A stretch of DNA of 33,966 nt from an uncultured Gemmatimonadaceae bacterium (GTDB lineage Bacteria; Gemmatimonadota; Gemmatimonadetes; Gemmatimonadales; Gemmatimonadaceae). The first letter of the stretch is position 1; the number at the start of each line of letters is the position of its first letter. The notes beneath the pieces were generated by a model. It had not been told where the DNA came from. It made no database searches and worked only from the letters and a program-made list of their open reading frames with translations. The DNA is taken from NCBI GenBank assembly GCA_964428985.1, contig CAYSAR010000002.1, forward strand, positions 1-33,966, given 5' to 3'. Both the position numbers and the translations under genes were made by a program. Below, piece after piece: positions 1 to 9,208 of the stretch.

Positions 1-37
1 GGGCGGCGCGGCGTCTTTCGTCAGGGCGTGGCGGTGG

Positions 38-67
38 GTGACCACGGGCATCGGGGAACAGTAAGTT
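38..67 (+). promoter_or_regulatory. Putative sigma70 promoter for a leaderless transcript
   Basis: GTGACC(38-43)-N18-TAAGTT(62-67), then 6 nt to ATG 74; no Shine-Dalgarno. Confidence 0.5.
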
Positions 68-73
68 CTCCCG

Positions 74-1048
74 ATGGCTACCGCAAAGAAGAAGCGCGCC
101 CCGAAACGATCCAAGAAGGCCGGTGCGGCTAAGTCACGTGGCATCGATGCCGCGAAGGTCGCCGGCGGCGACGCTCCCGCCGAGGTCGAGGCGCTCGCGC
201 GCCGCATCGAGAAGGACGGAGGCGAAGTGCTCGCGACCTATCGCGACCCGCTCGGCGGTCGCTGGCAGGTGCTCGCGGCCTTGCCGATCGACATCGTGCA
301 GCCCACGCCCTACCAGCGCGACCTCTCCGACACGCACGTCGCCCGCCTCGCCGACGCGATCGACAAGCTCGACCGCTTCCTCGACCCGCTCGTCGCGGTG
401 CCAGCGGACGACGGCCAGTACTGGACGCCGAACGGCCACCATCGTCTCGGCGCGATGCGGCAGCTCGGCGCGAAGGCGATCACCGCGCTCATCGTCCCCG
501 AACCCGAGGTCGCGCACCGCATCCTCGCGTTGAACACCGAGAAGGCGCACAACCTGCGCGAGCGCTCGCTCGAGGTCGCGCGGCTCGCGATCTCGCTCGG
601 CACGCTCGAGGGCAGCGATGACCGCGAGACGACGTATGCCGACGTCTTCGAGGAGGCGGCTCTCATCACGCTCGGCCTTTGCTACATGGAGAACGGCCGC
701 TTCTCCGGCGGCGCCTACCATCCGATCCTGCGCCGCTGCGACCAGTTCCTCGCGCTGCCGCTCGCCGAGGCGATGGAGGTCCGCCGCGAGCGTGCGGCGA
801 AGCTGCTCGAGCTCAACGAGCACGTGAACGAAGCGGTCAAGAAGCTCAAGGAGCGCGGGCTCGAGAGCCCATACCTCAAGGCGTTCGTCGTCGCGCGCAT
901 CAACCACCTGCGCTGGGTGAAGGAGAAGCACCCCGACTTCGACGAGAACATCGACAAGATCCTCGGCGCGGCGCGGCGGTTCAATCCGGCGAACGTGCGC
1001 GCGGACCAGGTCGTGCGGAGCGGCGGGGCGCCGGCGAGCGACGAGTAG
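74..1048 (+). CDS. ParB/Srx N-terminal domain protein with Lys-rich N-terminal tail
   Basis: LPIDIVQPTPYQR (ParB box-I-like), DPLVAV, NGHHRL (GxxR), ALNTEK; 324 aa with typical high-GC codon usage. Confidence 0.8.
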   Translation: MATAKKKRAPKRSKKAGAAKSRGIDAAKVAGGDAPAEVEALARRIEKDGGEVLATYRDPLGGRWQVLAALPIDIVQPTPYQRDLSDTHVARLADAIDKLDRFLDPLVAVPADDGQYWTPNGHHRLGAMRQLGAKAITALIVPEPEVAHRILALNTEKAHNLRERSLEVARLAISLGTLEGSDDRETTYADVFEEAALITLGLCYMENGRFSGGAYHPILRRCDQFLALPLAEAMEVRRERAAKLLELNEHVNEAVKKLKERGLESPYLKAFVVARINHLRWVKEKHPDFDENIDKILGAARRFNPANVRADQVVRSGGAPASDE

Positions 1049-1077
1049 CGCCGGGGAACCGGCGCGCGCGGCGTGGC

Positions 1078-1119
1078 GTTGAGTGGGCGATGGGTCCGCG
1101 CGGACCCCGCCCACTCGAC
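1078..1119 (+). other. Strong intergenic stem-loop (terminator or 5' UTR structure)
   Basis: GTTGAGTGGGCG...CGCCCACTCGAC outer arms enclosing GGGTCCG-CG-CGGACCC; ends just before GGAG RBS at 1121. Confidence 0.6.
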
Positions 1120-1130
1120 CGGAGCCTCCC

Positions 1131-1748
1131 ATGACCCGCACCGCGAACGCCGCGATCCATTCGTACGTCACCGACATGCTCGCGCTCGAGAACCACATCG
1201 CGAACGCGCTGAACGGGCAGATGGAGGACTTCAACCGCGGCCATCCGACGGTCGCGCTGGCGCTGCGCGAGATGCGCGAGACCGTGCTGCGCCACGAGAC
1301 GGCGCTCAAGACGCTCGAGGAGGCGCACGACGCCGGCGTCGGGCCCGACATCGCGGACTTCATCAAGCGCGCGGCGACGACCGTCGCCGGCATGGGCGCG
1401 GCCGCGCTCGACATGGTGCGCAGCGAGAAGCTGCCGAAGAACCTGCGCGACGACTATACCGCCTTCTCGCTCGCGACCGTCGGCTACATGATGCTCCTCA
1501 CGACGGCGCGCGCCCTCAACGAGGAGCGCGTCGCGAACCTCGCACAGGAACACCTCGTCGACTACACGCGCATGACAAAGCAGTTGGAAGGGATCATCCC
1601 GTCGACGGTTGTCGCGCTGCTCCGCGAGGATGGCCTGCCCGTCGACGCGACGGTGCTGACCGACATCGAGGAGATCGTGAAGGACGCGTGGAAGCCGTCG
1701 ACGACGTCGAAGCGCCCGGGGGTGTTGGGACGCGGACGCACGCCTTGA
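1131..1748 (+). CDS. Ferritin-like protein (DUF892/YciE-YciF-like)
   Basis: YVTDMLALENHI...RHE...LRDDYTA...YMMLLTTA helical-bundle pattern; start moved to ATG 1131 with GGAG RBS at 1121. Confidence 0.7.
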   Translation: MTRTANAAIHSYVTDMLALENHIANALNGQMEDFNRGHPTVALALREMRETVLRHETALKTLEEAHDAGVGPDIADFIKRAATTVAGMGAAALDMVRSEKLPKNLRDDYTAFSLATVGYMMLLTTARALNEERVANLAQEHLVDYTRMTKQLEGIIPSTVVALLREDGLPVDATVLTDIEEIVKDAWKPSTTSKRPGVLGRGRTP

Positions 1749-1838
1749 CCGGACGCGGACATCGTCGCCGGTGACCTCGGGCCGGCGAGCCGGAGTATGT
1801 TAGGGGCTGTTCCCAACCCCTTCGCCGGAGCACCTCCC

Positions 1839-2405
1839 ATGCGCGCCCGTCCGTTCCTCACCCCCCTCCTCCTGCTCGCGCTCGCCGCGACGACCGCCCC
1901 CGCCCAGCAGTCGGCCGATCGCCCGGCCCAGGCGGCGAGCTTCATGTCGATCATGCATCGCGACGTGAACCAAGTGCAGGAGAAGATCATCGGCCTCGCG
2001 AAGGCGATCCCGGAGTCCGCCTATGGCTACAAGCCGGGCGGCGCACGCACCACGTCCGAGACGTTCAAGCATGTCGTCGCCGACAACTACCTGATCCCGA
2101 TCGCGATGGGGAAGCCGGCGCCGACGTCGAGCGGCATCACCGACTACCCGTCCTCGGTCGCGTACGAGAAGCGGACCATGACGAAGGAGCAGGTCATCGC
2201 CGAGCTGGAGGCGTCGTTCAAGCACCTGCACGAGGCGATGAACATCACGACCGATGCGAACCTCGCCGAGCAGGTCGACTTCTTCGGCTCGAAGGTCTCG
2301 CGCCAACACGCGATGATCGCCACCGTGACGCACCTGCACGAGCACCTCGGCCAGCTCATCGCCTACGCCCGCGCGAACAACGTCACGCCGCCCTGGAGCC
2401 AGTGA
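1839..2405 (+). CDS. Secreted DinB-family protein
   Basis: Signal peptide (LLLLALAATTAPA); YKPGGARTTSETFKH and HLHEHLGQLIAYAR..VTPPWS DinB motifs; GGAG RBS before ATG 1839. Confidence 0.85.
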   Translation: MRARPFLTPLLLLALAATTAPAQQSADRPAQAASFMSIMHRDVNQVQEKIIGLAKAIPESAYGYKPGGARTTSETFKHVVADNYLIPIAMGKPAPTSSGITDYPSSVAYEKRTMTKEQVIAELEASFKHLHEAMNITTDANLAEQVDFFGSKVSRQHAMIATVTHLHEHLGQLIAYARANNVTPPWSQ

Positions 2406-2478
2406 TAGCCTGATCCGGTGACGCGGGGCGCATGGCCCCGGGTACGGGCGGTCAGGGAGCCCGAACCCGAGGTGAGCC

Positions 2479-3099
2479 ATGCGCCCCCACGCGTTGCCGC
2501 TGCTCGTCCTCCTGCTCGCGCCGTGCCTCGCCGCCTCCGCGGCGACCCTCCAGCGCGACCCCCTCACGTCGGCGACCGACGCGCTCGATGCGATCGCCGC
2601 CGCGACGCGCGTCCGGCCGGGCGTCGTCGTCACGCTGACGGTCGTCACGCACGGCCGCAGCGCCGCCGAGGCGAGCGACCGGAACGCCATCCGCATGGCC
2701 GGACTCCTCGCCGCCCTGCGCCGCCAATCCGGCACGGCGGCCACCGTGGTCCCGACGGGGCAAGTCGTGACGCGTGAGGACGAGTGGGATGGCGAGGGTC
2801 GCGCGCCTCGCGATTCCCTGATCGCGACCGAGTACGCGGCGCGCCACGGCGTGCGCGTCGCCATCCACGACCTCGCCGCCCTCGGTCCGATGCTCGATAC
2901 CGCGCTTGTCGCCGGCGCGACCAGCGTGACGGGCATCGCGCTCGCGCCTCCCGCCGGCTTCGCCGACCGCCGACAGGCCGCCGAACTCGCGTTGCGCGCG
3001 ACTCGCGATGACCTCCTCGCCGTCGTCGCACCGCCGGAGGGACGACTGCGACGCCTCCTCGAGTTCGGCCTGATGCTCCGCGCGCTGAGCTGTCGTTAG
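2479..3099 (+). CDS. SIMPL/DUF541-like secreted protein, divergent or C-terminally truncated
   Basis: Signal peptide; VTLTVVTHGRSAAEASDRNAIRM..LLAALR and LGPMLDTALVAGATSVTGI match SIMPL pattern; GAGG RBS. Confidence 0.6.
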   Translation: MRPHALPLLVLLLAPCLAASAATLQRDPLTSATDALDAIAAATRVRPGVVVTLTVVTHGRSAAEASDRNAIRMAGLLAALRRQSGTAATVVPTGQVVTREDEWDGEGRAPRDSLIATEYAARHGVRVAIHDLAALGPMLDTALVAGATSVTGIALAPPAGFADRRQAAELALRATRDDLLAVVAPPEGRLRRLLEFGLMLRALSCR

Positions 3100-4427
3100 C
3101 GACGCCGCGGGGCGACGGTGGTACTCGTGCGCTTGAACGAGCTCGATGCGCCGGCGGGAGTGGTCACGACCAGCGTCGCGACGTCGCCCTCGAAGGTCAC
3201 GCGGTAGCGCGTGTCCCCATCCGCGAACGAGCCGTCCGCGAGCGGTGCCAGCAGCACACGCGGCTGCGCGATACGGGGTTGATAGACGAGCCGGTCGCCC
3301 TTCAACGTGAGCATCTGACCACCCTCGTACGTACCGACGAGCCGCTCGAGCGCGGCGGGCGGCGTCAGTCGCGTCGCCGAGCGCGCGCGCGCCGCGTACT
3401 CGGCATCGATGCCGGCGAGCGCACGCTCGACCGCCTGACGCGCCGAACCCTGGCGCGTCTCGAGGATCGCGCGCAGTGCCGCGACATGCGCGACCGCGAG
3501 CGCCGAGTCACCTGGCACCTGCAGGTCAGGGACGATGCCGGTGCGCTCCCACTCGCGGCGCGTCCCCGGCTCCATCACGCGAGTGAACGACACCGAACCC
3601 CGGATCCCGTGCGGAAGCGCGACACCCATGTTGTTGCGTCCGGCACCGGCGGTCCGCTCCCCCACGATCGTCGCGCGCTTCCAGTTCTGGAGCACGAACG
3701 GCAGGTCCTCGGCGGCGGAGCGCGTCACGTCATCGACGAGCACATAGAGCGGCACGTCCGGACGCCGCGGACCGGGGACCTCGGCCTCGGTGAACCGGAC
3801 CGACGTCGCGTCGCGCACCCGATCGTAGACCATGAGTTGCGGCACGGTGTCGGGCCTTACGAAATGGCTGATGATGAAGTTCGCGACGGCGGGCGAACCA
3901 CCGCGACTGTTGCGCAGGTCGAGGATGATCGCGTCGGTGGGTTCGAGGATGCGAAACGCGCCTTCGAGCGCGTCGAAGGCCACGTCCGAGCCGAGGAAGT
4001 GCACCATGCGCAGGTAGCCGACGTTGCCGGCGAGCCGCTCGACCTCGGCGAGACCGTGGTCGGGTCGACCGGGACCGCCGGGTCCACCCGGACCACCGGG
4101 TCCCGGCTGCGCGATGTCGACGAAGAGATGCGTGTCCTCGTTCACCGCCTGCAGGTCCTGCGTCAGCAGGCGCACGAACTGCCCCCAGTCGGTCACGTTC
4201 GCGTACGCGCCTTGGGCATGCCGTCGCTCGACGTGCGCGGCGATCATCGCACCGGTGTCGGCGTCGGCGTATCGCGCGCGGAGCACGGCGGCCATGCTGT
4301 CGATGACCTGTCGACCGGCTTCCGCGGAGTATGGCGAGCGGGTGGGACCGCGCTGCGCCGCGAGTGGCGTGGAGAAAACGAGCGCCGCTAGCGCGAGCGC
4401 GAGGACGGGAGAGCGCGAGAATCGCAT
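3096..4427 (-). CDS. S41 family peptidase (IRBP-like), secreted
   Basis: Signal peptide; GNVGYLR, IILDLRNSRGGS, TRSAAE (catalytic Ser), IVGERTAGAG, WERTGIVPD. Confidence 0.9.
   Translation of the reverse strand: MRFSRSPVLALALAALVFSTPLAAQRGPTRSPYSAEAGRQVIDSMAAVLRARYADADTGAMIAAHVERRHAQGAYANVTDWGQFVRLLTQDLQAVNEDTHLFVDIAQPGPGGPGGPGGPGRPDHGLAEVERLAGNVGYLRMVHFLGSDVAFDALEGAFRILEPTDAIILDLRNSRGGSPAVANFIISHFVRPDTVPQLMVYDRVRDATSVRFTEAEVPGPRRPDVPLYVLVDDVTRSAAEDLPFVLQNWKRATIVGERTAGAGRNNMGVALPHGIRGSVSFTRVMEPGTRREWERTGIVPDLQVPGDSALAVAHVAALRAILETRQGSARQAVERALAGIDAEYAARARSATRLTPPAALERLVGTYEGGQMLTLKGDRLVYQPRIAQPRVLLAPLADGSFADGDTRYRVTFEGDVATLVVTTPAGASSSFKRTSTTVAPRRR
4068..4106 (-). repeat. Imperfect 9-bp tandem repeat encoding a PGPGGPGGPGGPG linker
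   Basis: In-frame Gly/Pro repeat inside the S41 gene. Confidence 0.7.
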
Positions 4428-4440
4428 CTACGACACCAAG

Positions 4441-4482
4441 TGAGGGGACGACCAAACGTTCCCCCGTTCAGTCATCCCCTCA
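4441..4482. other. Inverted repeat between TPR gene and S41 gene
   Basis: TGAGGGGACGAC / GTCATCCCCTCA arms (11 of 12 match) with inner AACG/CGTT stem. Confidence 0.55.
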
Positions 4483-4561
4483 AGTGCCAAGGTTTACGTC
4501 GTAACCCTCGCCGGCCCTTGGTCAATTCTCGGCGTCTCGGCGGTGACGTCGGTTCCCTGCA

Positions 4562-5449
4562 TCACCTCTTCCCCAGTTTCTCCCGCGTGAACTTCCGCGA
4601 GTAGACATTCGGCGGATTGCTCCCCGTCGACATCTCGTACGCCTTCTCGTACATCTCCGTCGCCTTCGCCTGGTTGCCCATCTTCTCGTAGGTCTGCCCG
4701 AGCAGCACGACCTGGAAGGGATCGTTGCGCATGAGCTCGCTCGCCTTCGTGAGTTCGCGCTCCGCCGTCGCGAGGTCGCCGGTGTAGAGTGCCACGTAGC
4801 CGACGAGATACGGATAGAAGCGCTCCTGGGCCTCGGCCATCTCGGGGTCGGAATCGAGCGCCTTGCGCGCCTCGGCGACCCAGCGCTTCGCCTCCGCAGC
4901 GTTGCCACGGCGCGCGTTGATCCGCGCGAGCGCATGGGCGAGGCGGTAGTCCCAGAGACTCTTCGGATGCGTGCGCGGCTCGGGCTCGCGGTTGCCGAGC
5001 TCGGACCCGCGGCGGTACATGCGCTCGGCGTCGTCGAAGAAGCCGTTGTCGTGGCAGACGCGCGCCGCCTCGTTCGCCATCTCGCCTTCCTGATAGTGCG
5101 CGTTCTGCGGCTCGGCCGCGCGGCGCGTCACCCAGTACGCGATGACCTGCTCCTCGAGCTCGATGACCTTCGCGCAGTTGCCGTCGTAGCCGTAGGACAT
5201 CGCGAGCCGGCGCGTCGCGGCGGCCTTCGCGGCGGGATCCGGGGCGTTGTCGATGAGCTTCTGGAAGATCGCGCGCGCGTCGGCGTGCTTGCCCTCGGCG
5301 TCGAGCCGCTGCGCGAGGCGCAGACTGTCCGAGCGAGGGTTCGGCGCGCGCTGGCCTTGCCGCTGCGCAGGCTGCTGTTGGGCGTCGGCCGCGGGGAGCG
5401 CGACGATCGCCGCGGCCAAGCCGATCGTGAGGATCGAGGACGTCTTCAT
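4562..5449 (-). CDS. Secreted tetratricopeptide-repeat protein
   Basis: Signal peptide, Gln-rich linker, TPR-like helices (YLVGYVALYTGDLATAERELTKA, LLGQTYEKMGNQAKATEMYEKA). Confidence 0.8.
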   Translation of the reverse strand: MKTSSILTIGLAAAIVALPAADAQQQPAQRQGQRAPNPRSDSLRLAQRLDAEGKHADARAIFQKLIDNAPDPAAKAAATRRLAMSYGYDGNCAKVIELEEQVIAYWVTRRAAEPQNAHYQEGEMANEAARVCHDNGFFDDAERMYRRGSELGNREPEPRTHPKSLWDYRLAHALARINARRGNAAEAKRWVAEARKALDSDPEMAEAQERFYPYLVGYVALYTGDLATAERELTKASELMRNDPFQVVLLGQTYEKMGNQAKATEMYEKAYEMSTGSNPPNVYSRKFTREKLGKR

Positions 5450-5609
5450 GCCAAGGTCTCCATCGGTGTGAATCGCCTAGGGTAACCCCGCCGACTTGGG
5501 GATTCCAGCCCCTTCCATACCCCCGCCGCCGCGCGTGGATTCCGACGCCCGCGAAACCTTCCGAAGCCATAGCCTGTCTATCCCCTAGACCAACCACCCC
5601 CCAGCCGCC

Positions 5610-5948
5610 ATGGCCTCGAACAAGCGCGACCTCCTGCCCGGGCTCCTCGACATGCTGATCCTCAAGACGCTGAGCGTGCAACCGATGCACGGCTACGGCA
5701 TCGCCCAGCACCTCCTGCGACTCTCGCGCGAGGTGATCCAGGTCGAGGAAGGCTCGCTCTACCCCGCCCTCCAGCGCATGCGGCAGAAGGGGTGGATCGC
5801 CGCCGAATGGCGCCTCACGCCGAACAACCAGCGCGCGCGCTACTACGAGATCACGGCGGCGGGGCGCCGCCAGCTCGGGGCACAGGAGGACGGATTCTCC
5901 GAGCTCATCACCGCGGTGAGGCGCGTGATGCGCCCGACGGGGGCCTGA
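5610..5948 (+). CDS. PadR family transcriptional regulator (acidobacterial type)
   Basis: LDMLILKTL..PMHGYGI..VEEGSLYPALQRM..RARYYEITAAGRRQL. Confidence 0.95.
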   Translation: MASNKRDLLPGLLDMLILKTLSVQPMHGYGIAQHLLRLSREVIQVEEGSLYPALQRMRQKGWIAAEWRLTPNNQRARYYEITAAGRRQLGAQEDGFSELITAVRRVMRPTGA

Positions 5949-5950
5949 CG

Positions 5951-8647
5951 ATGCGCGAACTCTTCCAGCGGCTACTCGACCGGTTCCGCCGCGAACGCCT
6001 CGATGCCGAGCTCGCGGAGGAACTCCGCTTCCATCGCGAGCAAGTGGAACGCGACGCGCGGGCGGCAGGCGCGAGCGCGGCCGAGGCGCGGCACGCGGCG
6101 ACGCGCGCGCTCGGCAACGTCACCGCTGCGCGCGAGGACGCGCGCGAGCGATGGACGATCCCCTCCCTCGAGCACTTCGTGCGTGACGCGCGACTCGCCC
6201 TGCGCTCGCTCGCCCGCACGCCGGGCTTCACCGCGACGGTCGTCCTCACGCTCGGTCTCGGCATCGGCGCGAACGTCGCGATGTTCACCGTCGTCGATCG
6301 CCTCATGTACCGGCCCCTCTCCTACCTGCGCGACCCCGGCGAGGTCCATCGTCTCTACCTCGACTACACGTTCCGCGGCCGGCAGTACCCCAGTTCGTCG
6401 ACCGAGTACACGCGCTACCTCGACTTCCAGCGTTGGACGACGTCGTTCTCGCACTTCGCCGCGATCTCCGAGCGACAGCTCGCCGTCGGTGAGGGCGAGT
6501 CGGCGCGCGAACGCCAAGTCGGCGTCGTGAGCGCGTCGTACTTCTCGCTCTTCGACGCGCCACCGGTGCGCGGCCGATACTTCACCACGGAAGAGGATGT
6601 CGTGCCCCGCGGCGCCGACGTCGCGGTGCTCTCGCACGACTTCTGGCGCTCGGAGTTCGGCGGCGGCGATGTGCTCGGCCGGCAGCTCCAGGTCGCGAAC
6701 GTGCGTGCGACGATCGTCGGCGTCGCGCCACCCGGCTTCCACGGCGTGAACGACGCGAACCCGCCGGCGCTCTGGATCCCGATCACGACGTATGCCTCGA
6801 GCACCGGCACGGACGATTCACGCCGCTATCACCTGACGTACGAATGGGGTTGGATCCAGGTCCTCGCGAAGCGGAAGGAGGGCGTCACGCGCGAGGCGGC
6901 GGAGGCGGACGTCACGCAGGCGTATCGGCGAAGCTGGGAAGCGCATCGCGCGATGGAGCCGGCACTCGGACCGCTCGAGGAGGCGAACCCGAAGGTGTAC
7001 GTGGCCGGCGTCCGACTCGGCGCCGGTCCGAATCCGAGCCTCGAGACACGCACCGCGCGCTGGGTGAGCTACGTCGCCGCGTTCGTGCTGCTCATCGCCT
7101 GCGCGAACGTCGCCAACCTCTTCCTCGCGCGATCGCTGCGTCGCCGACGCGAAGTCGCGGTGCGCCTCGCGCTCGGCGTGAGCCGCGCGCGGCTCCTCAC
7201 GCAATCACTGACCGAGAGCCTCATGCTCGCGCTGATGGGAGGCGTCGCCGCCGTCGTCGTCGCGCAGTGGGGCGGGACGCTGATCCGTCGCGTCCTCATC
7301 GCGCGCAGTGCGCCGCCGATGCAGTTGTTCACCGATTGGCGCGCAGTCAGGCTGACGCTCGTGATCGCCGTCGCGGCAGGTACTCTCGTCGGGCTCGTGC
7401 CGGCGCTGCTCGCGTCGCGCGATGGCAGCGACCTCGCGGGGACGTTGCGTGGCGGCGCGCGTGGCGGCGCGCGGGACGGCCGCCGTGTGCGTGCCGGGCT
7501 GCTCATCGCGCAGTCCGCACTCTCGGTCGCGCTGCTCGTCGGTGCGGCGCTCTTCGTGCAGAGTCTCCAAGCGGTGCGGCACAAGCGGATCGGCTTCGAC
7601 GCCGATCGCGTGCTGCTCGTGCAACGCGTGATCCGGGGCATCCCGTTCACCGACAGCGCGCAGGTGCCGCTGAGGCGCCGCCTGCTCGAGGTGGCCTCGC
7701 AGCATCCCGACGTCGAGTCGGCCGCCTGGATCAGCAGCGCGCCGTTCATTAGCACGTCGAGCACGGGCCTCTACGTCGCCGGCATCGACTCGGTCTCCCG
7801 TCTCGGAAGCTTCACGTACCAGGCGACGACGCCTGGGTTCTTCCGCACGATGGGCACCCGCATCCTGCGCGGGCGCGGCTTCGAGGACGGTGACGGGCTC
7901 GGGGCGCCGCGCGCGATGGTCGTGAGCGCGTCGATGGCGGCGGTGCTCTGGCCGAACGCGGACCCGCTCGGCCAGTGCGTGCGCATGCGCGAGCCGACCG
8001 ATCCCTGTTGGACGGTCGTCGGCGTCGCCGAGGACATGGTGCAACGCGACCTGCTGGCCGACCGCCAGTTCAACTACTACGTGCCGATCGAGCAGTTCAC
8101 GCGGACGTGGGGGAACGGCCTCGCGCTTCGCATCCGTGGCGATGTCGAAGAGAAGGCCGAGGGCATCCGGCTCGCGCTCCAACGCGAGATGCCCGGCGCG
8201 TCGTACGTGACGACGCTCCCGCTCTCACATGTCGTCGAGAACGCACAGCGCTCCTGGCGCCTCGGCGCGACGATGTTCGTCGTCTTCGGCATCCTCGCGC
8301 TCGTCGTCGCGGCGGTCGGCCTGTACGGCGTGATCAGCTATGACGTCGCCGATCGCGCGCATGAGCTCGGCGTGCGCGTCGCGCTCGGGGCCTCGCGCGC
8401 GGACCTGCTGCGCATCGTCGCGGGCCAAGGCGTGCGCTACACAGCGGCTGGCGTCGTGGTCGGGCTCGCGATCGCCGCCGCGAGCGCTCGGTGGGTGCAG
8501 CCCCTGCTCTTCGAGCAGGGGGCGCGCGACCCGATCGTGTACGGGCTCGTCGGCGCGGTCATGATCGCCGTGGCGCTGACCGCGAGCGCGGTGCCGGCGG
8601 TACGGGCGAGCCGGAGCGATCCGGCGTCGGCATTGCGCGCGGAGTGA
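5951..8647 (+). CDS. ADOP-family duplicated MacB/FtsX-type ABC permease
   Basis: N-terminal LDAELAEELRFH prefix domain, VLTLGLGIGAN, LLIACANVANL, ELGVRVALGA, DPASALRAE; start ATG 5951, 2 nt after PadR stop. Confidence 0.93.
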   Translation: MRELFQRLLDRFRRERLDAELAEELRFHREQVERDARAAGASAAEARHAATRALGNVTAAREDARERWTIPSLEHFVRDARLALRSLARTPGFTATVVLTLGLGIGANVAMFTVVDRLMYRPLSYLRDPGEVHRLYLDYTFRGRQYPSSSTEYTRYLDFQRWTTSFSHFAAISERQLAVGEGESARERQVGVVSASYFSLFDAPPVRGRYFTTEEDVVPRGADVAVLSHDFWRSEFGGGDVLGRQLQVANVRATIVGVAPPGFHGVNDANPPALWIPITTYASSTGTDDSRRYHLTYEWGWIQVLAKRKEGVTREAAEADVTQAYRRSWEAHRAMEPALGPLEEANPKVYVAGVRLGAGPNPSLETRTARWVSYVAAFVLLIACANVANLFLARSLRRRREVAVRLALGVSRARLLTQSLTESLMLALMGGVAAVVVAQWGGTLIRRVLIARSAPPMQLFTDWRAVRLTLVIAVAAGTLVGLVPALLASRDGSDLAGTLRGGARGGARDGRRVRAGLLIAQSALSVALLVGAALFVQSLQAVRHKRIGFDADRVLLVQRVIRGIPFTDSAQVPLRRRLLEVASQHPDVESAAWISSAPFISTSSTGLYVAGIDSVSRLGSFTYQATTPGFFRTMGTRILRGRGFEDGDGLGAPRAMVVSASMAAVLWPNADPLGQCVRMREPTDPCWTVVGVAEDMVQRDLLADRQFNYYVPIEQFTRTWGNGLALRIRGDVEEKAEGIRLALQREMPGASYVTTLPLSHVVENAQRSWRLGATMFVVFGILALVVAAVGLYGVISYDVADRAHELGVRVALGASRADLLRIVAGQGVRYTAAGVVVGLAIAAASARWVQPLLFEQGARDPIVYGLVGAVMIAVALTASAVPAVRASRSDPASALRAE

Positions 8648-8694
8648 CGCGAGGCGCGAGGTGCGGGGTAGGGCGATGCGGGGTACTTCAACGG

Positions 8695-9171
8695 ATGGAC
8701 ATCGTGCGCCGATCCGCCCTATCGCTCTCGCTGCTCGTCGGTCTGTCTGCCTGCGCCTCCGACGGCCTCGGCCCGTTCGAGCTCCAGTCGCGCCGCGCGA
8801 CGTGGGAGGCGCGTGAGCCGATCGGGTACGAGTACGACGTCGCGTGGAGCTGTTTCTGCCTCCCTGAGGTCACGCAGACGGTCACGGTCGTCGTCATGAG
8901 CGGCGTCGTGCAGCGACGGTTCTACACGGCGACCGGCGAGGACGTCGACCCGCAGTATGCATCGACGTTCACGACGGTCGAGGGGCTCTTCGACGTCCTC
9001 GACGAGGTCGCCCGCAAGGATCCCGACAAGCTCGACATCGAGTTCGACGCCGACTTCGGCTATCCGCGACGCATCGTCGCCGACATCGATACGCGCATGG
9101 CCGATGACGAGTTCGAGATCGAGATCACAGGCTTCCGCGTGGCGCTGACGACCGCGACCGCGCGGCGCTGA
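8695..9171 (+). CDS. Lipoprotein, DUF6174-like
   Basis: Lipobox LSAC; W..Y.Y...SCFC, TVEGLFD, FDADFGYP..I..D..MADDE. Confidence 0.75.
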   Translation: MDIVRRSALSLSLLVGLSACASDGLGPFELQSRRATWEAREPIGYEYDVAWSCFCLPEVTQTVTVVVMSGVVQRRFYTATGEDVDPQYASTFTTVEGLFDVLDEVARKDPDKLDIEFDADFGYPRRIVADIDTRMADDEFEIEITGFRVALTTATARR

Positions 9172-9196
9172 AGGGAGCCGCTCGACGCGGCCCCCT
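9172..9196. terminator. Possible terminator hairpin between convergent genes
   Basis: AGGGAGCCGC-TCGAC-GCGGCCCCCT (9 of 10 pairs); no strong U-tract. Confidence 0.4.
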
Positions 9197-9208
9197 CTCG
9201 CCACCGCT

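Noticed and set aside
1-51. Possible start of a divergent minus-strand gene (MPVVTHRHALTKDAAPP)
   Set aside because: Only 17 codons visible; cannot be supported
4024-4443. Collagen-like GPPGPPGPPGP on the plus strand
   Set aside because: Antisense reading of the GPG linker of the S41 peptidase
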